DNA of 64,000 bases from Aplysia californica (lineage: Eukaryota), in the NCBI RefSeq assembly GCF_000002075.1, contig NW_004797656.1, positions 512,438 through 576,437 of the forward strand. The letters run 5' to 3'. The translations under genes were made by a program, and so were the position numbers. Under the pieces are notes generated by a model that had not been told where the DNA came from, ran no database searches, and saw only the letters and a list, made by a program, of their open reading frames with translations. Shown piece by piece: positions 11,501-25,600 of this stretch (positions are counted from its first letter, which is position 1; every line of letters begins with the position of its first letter).

Positions 11501-14000
11501 AAGTGACATATATTCAATTAGATCTATATCTTGCTTTTATGGTTCCTTCTTATCCTTTACTTTCAACTTGCTTCAAGATGTGTGAAGATTTTTGAGAGCT
11601 TTGAGACAGGTACTTTATTTTCAGACTTATTTCCCTTCTCTCTGGTGTTTTGAAATCAGTATTTGTTACGTTTTTGACAAGGCACAGAGCCTTACAATTA
11701 CAGCACAGATACTGGTCTTATATTTATGTACATTTTAACGGTAATATAATTTACATTTAAGAAAGATTATTATGCAGGTGATTAGAGGGTGCCAGTGCAG
11801 CACAATGAATCTCTTCTCCCAGTTTCACACTCTGTGAAACTAAAATAGCAGGAAAACTCATTGTTGGGGTCTCAAGCTTGTTCGTATCAATCTGGTGTAC
11901 AGAAATTAGGTCAATTTTACTTGTACTAATTTGATCTGAATGTGACTATATATGAATAATCTGGTTGCTATGATATTATTAATGTCAGTACTTGTATCTT
12001 TATGGATCAGAGACTTTGGTTGTGTTGGGTTTGTTTTTGTTTTTGTCTTTAATTCAGAACCCTGCTCTGTTTACTTTTCTAGTTCATATTCTTTTGTTTG
12101 TTCATTTGTGACTTGCCTGCTTGATTTCTTCCTCAAAGGAACCAGGGTAACAAAGAGACTCTTGCGAAGACGGCAAGTGCGATCTCAGAAAATTTGATCA
12201 GCTTGAACAGAACCATGGCAGAGCAGGTGAAGCAGAGCGAGATGAACATTACCACTTTAGGTGAGTCAACAGGGGGGGTGTTTTTGGTCACCACTCATAG
12301 CCTCAAAGTGTTTTTCAGTGGACCTGTAAAGTTTACCTTGTCCACTTGTCTTATTCCAAGTTTTCCTTGCTTTTCAGAGAAGACTAAGGCGCACGTGGCC
12401 ACCTCAGCCTACAGGCAAAATATCTGGCATCGCCAAGTATTAGCCAGATGATATCAAGGCTCGGGGTGCCGTTGAGGCTTTTGAGAGGCCTCTCATTTAC
12501 ACGCTTAAGTCTGTCTGACAGGTTTTAGGCAGCCTGAGTATTTGACAGACATCGGGTCAAAAAAACTATTTGTTTAAAAGGCCCGTGATAGACAGATGGT
12601 CGCAGAATTTGGTGGTGAGATACTGAAAGAAATTTTTTTAAACCTGAAGTGTCGACTGACATCAAGTGGGATTCAATTACGCTCAACAAACAAGCCACTT
12701 TTTCAAATTTTTGGTTCAAATCTGTTCGAACAAACTTAGTGTACAAGGAACTTTCTTGTTTTCTTTTTGTTCAGTTCCTATGCATATACATTGTCTCCAG
12801 GGGCTATTTTGTCTGGCTTTGCGTGTTGTACCAGCTTTTATTGTAGTGACAAAAACTTGATAAACTTGTTACTTTTTTTATCTTTCAGATTTACTTTTTA
12901 TTTCTGGCCCTTCCATATATACAGTGGAAACCATATATAACAGGCCCGGTAATAACAGGGATCCGGTAATAACAGAGATTTTTTAAATCCCCGTTTTTTT
13001 CCTACTCTTCGTCTCTATTAAAAGTTATCAGAAATAACAGGGCCTCATCGGAGCCCAACCGGTTATAGCAGGGACAAAGGCTCGTTAACAATGAGTAAAA
13101 AGTAAAAGAGAGAGAGAGGGAGAGAGAGAGAGATGTGTAGATCTAAGCCTACTTTTTTCATTATGGCCACCAACGATGTCAAACGCAGGAGAAAATGCCT
13201 TTCAATTGACAAAATATACGAAATAACCCAGGCTGTTGACCAAAAGCAAGCTTCACTGGCAGAGATTTGTCGTCAGTTCGACATTCCACAAGGGTCGATT
13301 CACACCATTATCGAGGATAGAGAGAAGATAGTGGCAGCATACTCCAGTTCCAATGGAAACTTTGCTCCGGATCGAAAGAAGATGAGACTACCCGATGCAG
13401 ATGCTGTGGACCAAGCTCTTCTGGTGTTGTTTAAGGAGGCAAGGAGAAATGTGGTGCCAAAACCTCTGTTCGTGGCTACTTGTGGCAAGGAAACTACCCA
13501 TGAATAAGTACAGCTGGATTAGTCCACAAATGCTTACTTTCCTTGCATGTCTGATTTAACAGGGATCGGATATAACAGGACTTTTTCTCTACTCCCACCA
13601 TCCATGTTATATCAGGTTTCCACTGTATATTTATTGTGACAAGACCATCTTTTGCTCTTCTTGTTCCTAAAGTAAATGGGCTTTTTCCCCCCTTTTTCCT
13701 TCAAATGTTTCCAATTAACAAACTTTCCCATCTACTTTATCTCACAAGGACTGGATTGTTCTTTGTTTAGATACATTCATATTTGACCTGACTCTTTTAA
13801 TTTCAGCTGGCACCTCTCAAGCGGTCAGTGACACAAAAGACGAGTTCCACAGCATGGGGGGTCACATCCAGCACTCACAGAGACTGCTCACAAAGTACGG
13901 ACGTCGCGAATTCACAGACCGTCTCCTTATCTTGCTTGCACTCTTGTTTTTCTTTGCCACTGTTCTTTACATCATGAAAAAGAGACTATGGCCGTCTTGA
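3856..14000 (+). CDS. BNIP1: Vesicle transport protein SEC20 / BNIP1 (ER t-SNARE), 6 coding exons, 226 aa
   Basis: Hand-spliced exons 3856-3933, 10333-10425, 10927-11018, 11384-11485, 12139-12260 and 13807-14000, all with GT..AG and compatible phases (681 nt). Translation MADDIHVRLCLQEIVKLDLEAKAIIQ|DIRQ...KETLAKTASAISENLISLNRTMAEQVKQSE...LLTKYGRREFTDRLLILLALLFFFATVLYIMKKRLWPS* matches the Sec20 domain and C-terminal TM anchor of BNIP1. Confidence 0.95.
4030..6200. repeat. Composite repeat region in BNIP1 intron 1 (internally duplicated non-autonomous element)
   Basis: About 4535-4660 recurs at about 5355-5500, and about 5750-5880 recurs at about 5930-6060. Motifs ggctattctcacc/gtgagaata and ggctagccgtac are repeated in both orientations. 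Confidence 0.5.
4261..4465. mobile_element. Foldback MITE with ~75-bp inverted arms around (TTAGGG)n
   Basis: gattgttaagattcc...ggtccctaacc pairs with ggttagggacc...ggaatcttaacaatc. The spacer is imperfect ttaggg repeats. Possible degenerate 8-bp TSD ccactttc/ttactttc. Confidence 0.75.
9387..10168 (-). mobile_element. pogo/Tigger-family internal-deletion derivative, copy 1
   Basis: TA-flanked TIRs cagtggaaacc...ggtttccactg. Reverse complement of 12922-13625, including the CENP-B-type HTH remnant. Confidence 0.85.
12922..13625 (+). mobile_element. pogo/Tigger-family internal-deletion derivative, copy 2
   Basis: TA-flanked TIRs. ORF 13133-13507 (KRRRKCLSIDKIYEI..LAEICRQFDIPQGSIHTII..RKKMR..VDQALLVLFKEAR) is a CENP-B/Tigger N-terminal HTH. 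DDE domain absent. Confidence 0.85.
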
Positions 14001-15097
14001 CAACATTTATCATAATGTCTAGGAGTTTTTTTGTGTCCAGTTTTTGTGTATAAACGTCTCTAACTAAGTCATTTCCAATGTCTGTTGTGTTGTTGTGGAT
14101 TATAATGCTTTATTTGCATTGAATTTTAGTGTTCAGTTGTACAGTAAATGGTGCTTGATAACTTATTTTCATCATGTACTGTCTGACAAATGTTGCACCA
14201 GATAATATAAGACGGTACTACCATGTTATTTTTGTCTGTGTTGTCATATGTCGGTTGTGTCTGCTGGGGAAAAAAATATTTGAAACTTCCAAAGTTAAGT
14301 ATCAATTCCAAGTAATCTGCTTTTTCAGTGATTTTGAAAGTGGATGTGATTTGAAACTGCATGAGCTGGGATATGGTTGAGTTATTTTGTCCCTTGTCTT
14401 GATCTGATGGCGCCTGAGTAAGTGCCCTCTGGATTTGTCATCGACACCACTCTGTAAAATGAAGGATTAATGCATGTAATTTGGCAAACAGTGAATTCAA
14501 TGATTGAAGACTAATATATCTGCTGATGATAGTGAAATTACCTTCTTCAAAGGGTAGATCTCAAAGGAAACACTTAACAGAATAGGTCAGTTGTCAGAAC
14601 CAATTTATAAAGAACAGATAGTTTTCACATTAGCGGTTAACTTGCTTTGCATGCAACTAAAGTTCATGAGAATTTAATGTGTGATTGGGGTATTTCAAAA
14701 TCCAGAGTACATCTGCATTTGCTTTATAAATGTACTGTAACATCATGTGATACTGTTAAGAATTTCAAAACTCGTGCAAATGAAGAATCTTACTATGACT
14801 ATAGGGTTCTGGAAACCTCATCATTTATATTCCGCTCTCTTGAATTTATTTATGTTGATGAATTAAAATGATGAACTAAAATTTTGATGTTTGTGCTTTC
14901 TTGTCTTTATGTCATAAAATAAGGATCATGTTAAAAACATTCTGATTCTATGCTACTTTTTGCTCATCATAGTCATAGTCTGTCTCACATAAAAGATCAC
15001 CGTCTCCAAACATCAAATTGACCAAAAAATACTGATATAAAATGAAACTTGCCAATTTTTCTTGTTTTTTGAGGAGCAGTGTTGATGGATGATTATA

Positions 15098-15480
15098 TGT
15101 GTCACGATGCAGTGAAATCAGGTGCTCGTCAATTTTGGGGCATTTTTTGAATTATTGGTATTTTTGTGGAATTAAAGTCTAGATATTTGCGATTGAAGGA
15201 GGTAGGGGTTGCCTGGTTCAGAGGTAAAATTAGCCAGAAAATGGCTGCCAAAATTAAGTGATTATCAAAGCTTGAGTATCTTGGAAACTGCTAATTTACA
15301 TTTTTTGTTCCATTAATCGACGCTTTTCAATAAAATCTACACAGAAATGTGTTTCCTAGTGGACGTAAAAGGTGCGGAGCCAAAAAACAAAAATTTGATA
15401 AAAATTACCAAATAAATGGGAAAATGCCAGTTTCTTTGATTTCGTTAATTTGACGAGCTCCTGATTTCAGCTGCCTCACA
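15098..15480. mobile_element. MITE with TGTG...CACA termini (multi-copy family)
   Basis: TIR-like tgtgtcacgatgcagtgaaatcaggtgctcgtcaa / ttgacgagctcctgatttcagctgcctcaca. Related pieces at about 16360-16408, 20899-20945, 24780-24833 and 34870-35203. Confidence 0.6.
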
Positions 15481-16531
15481 TATTATGACAGTATTGGTAT
15501 CTATTTTCACCAATTCACCATAAGCCAGTAAATGAATTCTGTTTCATTTTTCACACCACCCACTGGTAAGTGCTTCTCAGTTCAATTGTGGCTTCTAGGC
15601 TTGAAATTATGAAAAGAAGGCAGTCAAATTTTTGAAATCATATAGATCTAATTGCATCAAATTAATTTTAGTAGGGCTAGATTTAAAGTCAAAGTCAACA
15701 CATGCATCTTTGCTCTTAATGTGAAGTTCTGTTCAACTCGATATCAAGTGTTCATCTCCCTTCGTGGCCTCTTCTCATTCCTTCCTGATTAACGTTTTCG
15801 ATACAACCAAAGTGACAAACTTGTATCCATATCAAGTCATAAAAAGATTGTTTGAGAAAGGGCATCTTTATATTGCTACCAATACCAGCAAGGTTTGTGC
15901 ATTCAAGCCAGTTTTCAAGAAGTGGCTGCAAACTCTGCTCCTAATACAAACCTGTTCCATAATTTTATGCTTCAGTACATCAAAAAGCTTTTGAAGCTGT
16001 GGTGATATCTGCTGCTCTTCAAAATATTTAAATTAAAATGAAAGAAAAAGGCATTTTTCCACCAGTCTGGCAATTTTTATCAAATTTTTGTTTTTTAGGC
16101 TCAACAACTTTTCATGTCAATATAATATAAAAACACATTTCCATGTGAATTTTACTGGAAAAAGGTTGATTAAAGGCACAAAATATGTAATGTTTCATTT
16201 TCCAAGATATCTCAAGCTATTGGCTATTTTCTTGCTAATTTCACCACTCAAACTCAAACCAGGCGACCCCATGTCCTTCAATTGTAAATATCTCAAATTC
16301 TATTCAAGATAGGTGAAAGAAAAGCAAATGAATAAGCTTTCAGATAATACCAATAACTCCACATGCCCAAAAATTGACAAGCATCCGATTCCACCACGTC
16401 ATGACACAATTATTATTCATCTCACAGGAAGAAATTTGACTTGGTCATTTACAATGGCTGTGGTGTTGGAGAGTTCATGTGCACTCACGCATACACATAA
16501 CAAGAGAGGACATAAATTTTACATACCAAAA

Positions 16532-16566
<35 letters not shown>

Positions 16567-16974
16567 GCTTTATCTCTTCCTCATTTGCAGCACTGTGTTC
16601 AGTAGCCTCACTACTGTTGGTACAAATGAAATTCTACATCTTTCTGTTCCTGCTTTCTTAGAAATTAAAAATGAGTCTTTTACTGCGAGTTAATATAAAA
16701 AGTCCGATGCCAGTAAGTGGCTATGGTCTTATTATTTTGGTTGATACAGACAATACTTTGTCTGGTGCCATGTTGTGCAACAAGTTGAAATTAAGATTCA
16801 GCCAGCATGTCATGTCAACGCCAGTGTCTTTTAGAGAAGAGCATTTCTCAATTGGACTTTGTAAAGTAATGATGTGACTGACATTCTGTCAAACCCTTGT
16901 TTATTACTTGCCACCTATGTGTTCATAAAACCAGATGTTACCTGTAGGCAACTTCGGTTTATCAGTACAGAAAC

Positions 16975-17045
16975 TTTGTGCGCCCGCTCATATGACCTTA
17001 TGCAGCAGCGAGCGCCGTAAAACCCTTACCAAAAAAAAATAAAAA
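16975..17045 (+). mobile_element. 3' tail fragment of the Nin/Deu SINE family
   Basis: cgctcatatgaccttatgcagcagcgagcgccgtaaaa plus an A-rich tail matches the SINE ends at 540-585 and 39125-39180. Confidence 0.7.
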
Positions 17046-18153
17046 TGTTGTGTCTTTGATGGTACGGTCTAGCAGGTAGGCTACATAGCAAACACGTAAT
17101 ACGCACATAGCGAACAGATTTTCATATATTCAGAATTTGTTTTATACACACAGCGCATATTCTTTGCATTTAAAACACATGCATAGTGACATTCATACAA
17201 AAAGATTTCCACATTTGTCCAGTTCCCTGTGTGCGTGCTAGACAGTTAAACAAGGCTTTTTTATTATTCATCAGAAAAGATTGGGGAAAACGAGATGCTG
17301 ACTGTGAAGTGAGGTACAATGTTTCAACATTGGTTTATCAGGAGTTAAATTGTGGTCAGTAGTTCAGCCAAATTCATTCACCTTCAACTTAGAGCGGAAA
17401 TAGGTACCACTGACTTAAGATGTCACTGCAGCGCATCTGGTCCTAAATATATGTACAATATACTGAATACTATACTATGTTCATGTAGCCTACTTTACTT
17501 AATAAGACAATAATAATACTAATTTTGCCACTCTGAAAACCTAACATTAAAACAGTGCAAAAGTAAGACACATGAACGCTTTTACAGAGATTGTCTCTTT
17601 CCCTATTTCACTCCTATGAAGTACATTGGACTTCAGCATGGGGAAATCATTTTATTGAGTATTTCCCTGTATCAGCTGATGTTGTGTCCTACTCGGCCTA
17701 GGTTGGCCCTGGCAGGCAGGATCGAAGCAGCAACTGCTCACCTCTAAAATGATCTAAATTGTATGATCTATGGAGACATAGAACAATTGCAATCAAAACA
17801 CAACGAATCTCAGAGATACACAGCAAAACAATCTACTGTCAATAACTCAAAACACCTCTTGCAAATTTCTGTGCATGTTTACATTACATATATAATCATA
17901 TATTTCATATATATGTGAGTCCCCCATCTTTAGTGTTGGCCAGCAAGCACTTTGTGTGCGGCTGACATGACTGAGTTGGTCACAGTGGGGCGGTCAGCAC
18001 AACCATCAACAACACATTGCGAGTGGTTTGAGGTCGCCGCTGGTAGGTAGGTCCTATTTCTTTTTCTATCTATATCTATCCATTTATCTATCTATCTATC
18101 ATTTATCAGTCTGGCTGTCTGTCGATCTGTCTGTCAGTCTATCCATCTATCTA

Positions 18154-19347
18154 CACGGGCTGTCCCACGGAAAATCGGAATTTGGCTGTAATTGGTTTCT
18201 GACCACAAAAGGTCTCAAACCTATAGAAATACACACTGAAATAAAGTCAGTTTAGGGGGAGAAAGTAATGGCAAAGTCACACGTATATGAGTGGTGCAGT
18301 AAGTTCAAAACCGGGCATATGGACGTCAATGACAAAGTTCACCCAGGACCTCGTTTTTCTGCTAAGACTGAGGACAAGAGTCGCATTAACGAACTCATTC
18401 AAACAGACAGGCGCCTAAAAGTTCACGAAATTTCCGAGTCGCTAAACATTTCAAAGTCGACAGTCCATAGGATAGTGTTTGATGAGCTGCACTATCGAAA
18501 GGTCACTGCTCGATGGGTCCCAAAAGAGCTGACAGCTGACCACAAGACGCAACGTATTGAAGTGTCTCAGACTTTGTTGAATCGTTGTCGCCAAGCTGTC
18601 ACGGGAGTCGTGAACGCATCTTGAGACCTCCAACAATACGATGAAGCATTCCTGAGAAGCATTATTACAGGTGATGAGACTTGGGTACACCACATGACCC
18701 CTGAGACGAGGGATTCAATGGTTTGGAAGCACACGTCTTCACCTCCCCCGAAAAAAGTTTAAAGTTCAGCCATCGGTGAAGAAACTCATGGCCATGGTTT
18801 TCTAGGACGCTAAGGGTGTTCTGCTTCTTGACATTCTGGAACCAGGACAAACTGTTAAAACTAACAGACACTGCCAGTCTCTTGGTAAGTTGAGAGAGGT
18901 TGTCCACCGAAAAAGACCAGGCCGGTTGTCCAGCGGGGTCATTTTGCAGCATGACAACGCAACGCCACACACCGCGAACGCTACAAAAGACTAGATCCAA
19001 AGGTTCGGCCGGGAAGTTCCGCCACACCCCCCTCACAGTCCTGACTTGGCCCCGTCAGATTATCATCTTTTTGGACCAATGAAACGCCACATTTCTGGAC
19101 AGTGATTCAACGACGACGAAGACCTCGTGGATACTGTGAAAGATTGGTTGAAATCTCTTGATCAAAAATTCTTCAGGGAGGGTATCTTCTCCCTGATCCA
19201 GCAATGGGAAAAATGCGTCCAGCAGGATGGTGATTACATTGAGAAATAAAGCACATGTTTAGGTATGATGTGTTACATTTTTATTATAATAGGACAAAGA
19301 TTGTTGCTTTTAAGGACCTTTTCCGGTTTTCCATAGAACAGCCCTCG
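18154..19347 (+). mobile_element. Decayed mariner (DD34D) transposon
   Basis: TA-flanked imperfect TIRs cacgggctgtcccacggaaaatcggaa / ttccggttttccatagaacagccctcg. Motifs ARWVPKEL, IITGDETW, LQHDNATPH and HSPDLAPSDY, interrupted by stops and frameshifts. Confidence 0.92.
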
Positions 19348-19610
19348 TATCTTATTTTTTCTCTTCTAAGTGAGTAGTCTGCAGGTACATATCAAATGAC
19401 ATGACTGAATCTGAAAGAGAATTCACAACAACATACTACTACTCTTATTACTAGCACATTCATTTGAAATGATACACAGAAACACAGAAATAATTTTGCA
19501 AAATAATTTAATTTCATCAGTCATGGCAATGGTGTTTCAAATACCTGTGAGTCTTTGCATAAGAACATACTTCTGAGCTTGTAGCCTGTCCACCAATGAA
19601 CCATTACGGC

Positions 19611-22600
19611 TTAAATAGTTTCTTGGGTGTTAATTGGGATCACTTTCTTGGTCTGACCTCTGATGACCACAACTTGCAAAATCTCTGACTTCTCAACTGC
19701 GTCATAAACATCTGCAGCAGACTTGACTCGGCTCCCACTGATCTCGATGATGATGTCTCCGGCTAAGACACCACCACTGGAAAAAAACACCAAAAAAACA
19801 TAAAAACTGGAGAAAAAGTGAAATTATTTCGTTGATAGTTCAAATTGAAATCAATTTTGAGTCACGCATATATATATGTAATGGTAGCATAAGCTGCATC
19901 ACATAACCAAGCCAGGCATTGGACACGCAATGACAGATAATTGCGCATCATATTTACAGGTTTAACTAAACATTTCAGTCATCCGAACACCACTGAAAAA
20001 CCTCTCAAAGAGGTATTTCGAGTGACCATTCAAAACATATTTCAGTTAATCCCCATCCCCCAATCATATCGCTAGCCCAGTCCTGGACTCCTGTGCCCAT
20101 GGACAGTTGGGTGTGAAAACACTCTCCATCACTCTCTTTGTTCTGCGTGAGGGGCAGTCTCGCCAAATATCCAGTTGTCTAGACTTGTGTTATGAAAGCC
20201 ATGTATGTCGTAGTGAAAATTTCCCTTTGTCAATCTTTACCTGTCAGTGTGTTTCGCAGATCGAAGTATGTGTTTAGAGGAAGTGACCGTGCATTTGCAC
20301 CAATGATTGGGCAAGGAAGACATCAATAGCATACAGGTGCAACAGCACCCAATTGACACTCTAAATATGACCTCTACTTCGACAAAGACACTCCTCTACT
20401 TTCCTACACCCAGCAGCTAATAAAAGAAAAGATTCTGTATTGGACTGAGCATCCACAGAGACAAAAGCAAGATTCTCAAGGTCAAAGCAAGTCCTCACAT
20501 ATGAGCAGGGGATCCCGGGATGACTTTGTACACGAAGACACCACCATCAACATCCGGGAAGCTTGGCACTCGGACATTGTTCTTCAGATCCCTCATCACA
20601 CTCTCTGTCAAAGTGAGCATGGTGATACCTATGAAGCGCCGTTTCAGGAAACCGTTTTCTGTCTGGCCTGAAATGACACAAAATTTGGAAGCAGTTTATA
20701 CGACATGGAGAAGACGGTCTGAATAGCTGCTGGACTAAAGGTTTAGAACGACACTGCGCAAACCCTCAACCTTGTGACTGGCATGTAGAGGTTGAATATT
20801 TTAAACTATTTCAAACACATGCCAGAACAGCCAGTCAGTAAAAAAAAAAAAGCACATAGAGTTCAAGTAACCCATTGATTATAATTAATGTATTCAATTG
20901 TGTCATGACGAGGAGGAATTGTGTGCTCGTCAATTTTGGGGCATTCACGGAATTGTTCATGTAATCTTAGTTTTAGTTTAAATAAAAGTGTTAACTCTTT
21001 AAACCCCATCGGACGCTGGGAGCGTCTGGCGGTAATAATGTTGTTCCCCATCCGACAGTACTAGACACAACCGTTTCGTTTTCATTTAGTGCTAGTTTTG
21101 GCTTGTTTTTGGGAACTATTCCCTAATCAAGTAGTTTAGTAATGACTAAGCCTTTGTTTCCCCTATTTAGAAGTTGGAGGCAAGCTTTTGGGGTTATAAT
21201 GAGACATAGTGCACCAGATTTAGGTGATTGTGGAAAAAAAGTCCGGGAAATGTAGAATAAAGTCAGGGCTTAAAGAGTTAAGACACTTTCAACACAATTC
21301 TGTCATATAAGTCCCTCAGCCTGTTCATATGCCTTGCTTCCATTTTTAAAATAAATCCCTGTATCTTTATAGAGTAAAAGAGAAAGACTAAAGAATCGGA
21401 GCATGAGGGTAGACAATTCAACAATTACATGTCAATGTATTGTGTAAGAGACAGCCAGTCAAAAAGAGGTATTAGACGGCATGTTCATTATTAGTCATGG
21501 TAGTTTTTGTTTGCTTGTTTGTTTTTGTTTTGTGGTAGAATGGGAAATGAAAACTTAATTTAGATGGCCAGTCACGATACAGCACACCAGGCCTACACAC
21601 TGCCTGTGGGTACCACTGCCTGCTGTGCCACGTTAAGACCACCGCCTTCATCCCACCTCGTGAGTGATACACAATCAGGATTAATGGATAGCGAGGGTCA
21701 AAGGTGAAATCTAGGCCAACGTTCACAGAGAGGAAGCCATTTTTCAGCTTTCACCAAAACATAATAACGACTGTTACCAAAATAGACAGTTGACGACTTG
21801 TGACAATTTTTTTTCTTTCATAGCAGATGTAAACAACTAGCACCTCAATTATACTGTGCACAAGACAAAAACTACAGTTGAATCCTCATTTTTAAATAAA
21901 CCAACAGGAACCACTCATATATATTTTTTAAGTAAAGTTTATAAGAACCATTTCAAAATATATATTTTGAGCAGCGTTGAGACAGGGCCTTTTGTCAGTT
22001 GACCTGACAGTATATTTCTCATCGGCTTATGGGCTTGACATAAGTGGACTTCCACAGAACATGTGAAGAATTTAAACGATACAAACCTCTTTTCATCAAA
22101 GCTTCAGCTTTTGACAAGAATTTCTGGGCATAATCAGATGGTATGGCAAACGAAATGCCTGTGGTCACTTTCATTGTATTAATGCCTATTGCACGTCCCT
22201 CCTGAAAAGTAAATTTAAAAATTAAAGCTAAAATTAGATTCAAAAATACGGTAAATAAGGAAAAAAAGAAACATTCTACAAAAAACATGCACTACATTTA
22301 CAGCTACAAATTTTAACAATGAATAACAATTCCTGAAGAACTGGAGACAAAGACACATTTATCTTTGATAAAATTATGCCTCAAGGCTTGCTTTTTTACA
22401 TATATTTCATGTTTAGTTCTACACCATTTTAATCCTCCTCCGAATCAAGAGATGTATTTTTCCCTCATGAATGTATGATATCTGAGAAAGGAAGCGTAAA
22501 AAACTGAATTCAGTTGTACTGACAAGCTTTATTTAAAAAAGGGTTAAATAATAACTACATTGAATGTGGCATCGGTGGCCTAGTGGTTAGGCTACCCGAC

Positions 22601-25600
22601 TCGCAATTGTGAGGTTACGGGGTCGGGGGTTCGAGCCACAGGCCCGACGCTGAGTCCTTGGGAAAGGCGCTTTACATGAATTTTCCTCATACAGATGGAA
22701 ATGGGTACCCGGCCATAGACAGCAAAAGATCTTGTCAGTATATTAGTGTTTTAGCGCTTGCACTGTATGCTTCCAAGGAAGTTGAGTTTGTTTCAGTATC
22801 AGAATGGTCTCAGGTCTGCTGGGGTAATAGTAGGGCCTATAGATTGGGAAGTGCCTAGAGCTTGCTGTTGCGCAGGGATTTGCGCTATACAAATGATATC
22901 TATTATTTAAATCATAAAATTTCATCTTTAACAAAACATATCTGACACTTTTTAAAGTGTCTGTCAAGTTTTAATGAATATGCACATTATTCGTTTTCGT
23001 AATATCTAAACCGCTTCAATCTTTTTTAACTAAACTATTTAAAAAAATTTTTAAAACAAGTTTAAAAATATTTGTTTTTGTCTGTCAGTTATTGGCCTTT
23101 TCAGTTAACAGGAGCAACATACCAGATCCACCAGTGGTCCTCCTGAGTTTCCAAACTGAAAAAAAAATAAATAAAAAGCATGTCAGTGGCAAATTGAACT
23201 CAGTTGGGTGACACAGGAAACAACTTCCCCTTATAGGCGTAGCCTACATTTTAAAAAAAACAACCTAGAGAGCTATATACCTATAACTCATCTCTCACAA
23301 ATAGAAAAATGCTCGTTTCTAGCTGCTAAACTGACTGCAACACATGCACAAGAAATATATCTTATCTGACTAACTGCTTGTCTTTCATTTTAAGGGGAAA
23401 GATGACCCTGCTTATAATCTATTTGCACTGTCTTGGTAGCTGTTGATATTTGCTGTGAAAACTCTTATTCAGCGAAAGGAGATGGATTCCCGGTCTATTT
23501 AATTCATTAAAATCAATAAAAAATAACTTGGATTCAACGAACATGTAAATGAGCAAGCTCAGATTCAACGAAATCGCTTGCAGGGTGAACAGTCCCCACT
23601 GACGTGGGTTCGCTCATTTTCCTAGAAACCATCCATGGCCCCTTACTTATTCGTGAACCATGTTTCACTTAGCCTATTGTTTATATCTCTTATGCAATCA
23701 ATCAGCGGCCTTCTTTCATACCAACACATGCGTTGTTAGCACACATATTTATGTCTTAGCAAGTGTCTTGGTCGGAAAGCACACATATGACAGTGTGTGC
23801 ATGTGTCTTAGGGGAGGGGGCACAAATAGTCTGGGTATAGAACGTCAGTAGAGATACAAATGCATCATTTATCCCCCCCCCCCCCACCTATCAATATTAT
23901 AATGATGAACTAGTTTAGACATAGATCTAGGTAATAAATAGCGTGCTGGTCTGTGGAATCAAACATTGCTTTATGTTAGGCTCTACACAGCAACATAACT
24001 TGTTCAGCAAATAATGCATTATAAATTATAGATGACATTAGCGTCAATTTGAACGAATTGGCCCTTTAGCAAAATGTGTGCAAGGTACAGTTTAGTGTAT
24101 TTTCTTGGAATTTTCCAGCATTTTTTTTTTGTGGTATGGCATCAATGAAATGAAAATGACTCTCATTTGAAATCAAACTACTTTTGATTGACGGAAATCG
24201 AAAAGGGGTAAAAAAGCAGTCATTTCAGGGTACCCTACCACCTATTACTCCCCTTTATATATTACTAGCTCAGTGCCTGTAATTATCTCCACAAAAACCT
24301 CATGCTTGCTACAACGAACACTCAGATTTGACGAAATTGGAGGTCAGGCCAGAGGACTTTGTTGAATCCGAGTTCCACTGTATATCAGCACAGGACCATC
24401 AATAGCCTCCCTTTCTTACATTGATGACAGCGTCGGTCTGGATGTAATCCATATCTTTATTTCGAAGGCCCAGCTCCTTACTGGCTCGCTGAACACTGCT
24501 GACTATGCCACAGGTCACTGTGTTGCTCAGAGATAATGGGCTCCCCATGGCTATCACCCATTCTCCTGGTCTGATTTGTGAGGAGATCCCCAGAGGAATT
24601 GTGGCGAGATGGCTCTGAAACAATCAAACAAAAATAAGGAACACATCTGTTCTCACTCTGTGTAGTGTGAAAAAAATGTTTTCAGTAACTTCAAGAAATG
24701 TAGAAACCAACAGAGAAGCCCGCAAGCTGCACACACCCACAAGCGGAAGTGAAGTTTTTGAATGTTCAAAATGTGGCAAACTTATTTGCTCAAAAATTGA
24801 CTAACGCCTGATTCCACAGCATCGTGACACATATATAATATACAGTTTAGAGCTGGATCCTGCTCGCCAAATCTGAGAGTGGCAATTCGCGATTCAGTCT
24901 GCTTCAAACAATCGTGAGTACGCGAGCACTTGTGGAACACTAAGCCTCGGGCTCGTTGTATGCGTGAAACGGAACAGCGTCATATCAACGCCACTTCGCG
25001 AGTCCCACTCTTATTGTCCTGCCATCCTCTCTGCCCCCCACCCTTCATGGCACTCCTCTACTGACCCCAATTACCGACCCCATAAATTCCACCCCCCCCC
25101 CCCCTCCATGATTCGCTAAAACAATGGCTCCATAAAATTCCTTCTGCCTATTGGTTGGAACCCGTTCATTTTGTTTTAATAGGGGGGTTGGACTATACCA
25201 TCTTTTGTAAAATAAGGGGAGCCATACTAAGTGTTCCGTTCCATTCTTGCGCTCGCGACTCGACTCGCGACCCAGCAGTAGGTTACAAACAAGCTGCAAG
25301 GCGGTGACAGCGGCAGGGGAGTGAATCGGAAGGCGATACTGTTCCGCATTCCGCTGAAGTGAATCGCGAATCGCTTTCTGCAGGGAAGAGTGGTGATTCA
25401 GTTCCGTTCTTATGCTCGCGACCCAGCTGTAATACAGTTATTGCTTAATTATTCTAGAAAGTATTCAATATATTATTTATATACTATGCTACATCTACAG
25501 GTGGCTGTTAGAGCAGGTTCAACTGTACATGAATGTTTTAGCAAAAGCTCAATCCCGAAAAATTCCAAAGGAAACGGATTTAAAAAAGCATGGAAAGGAA

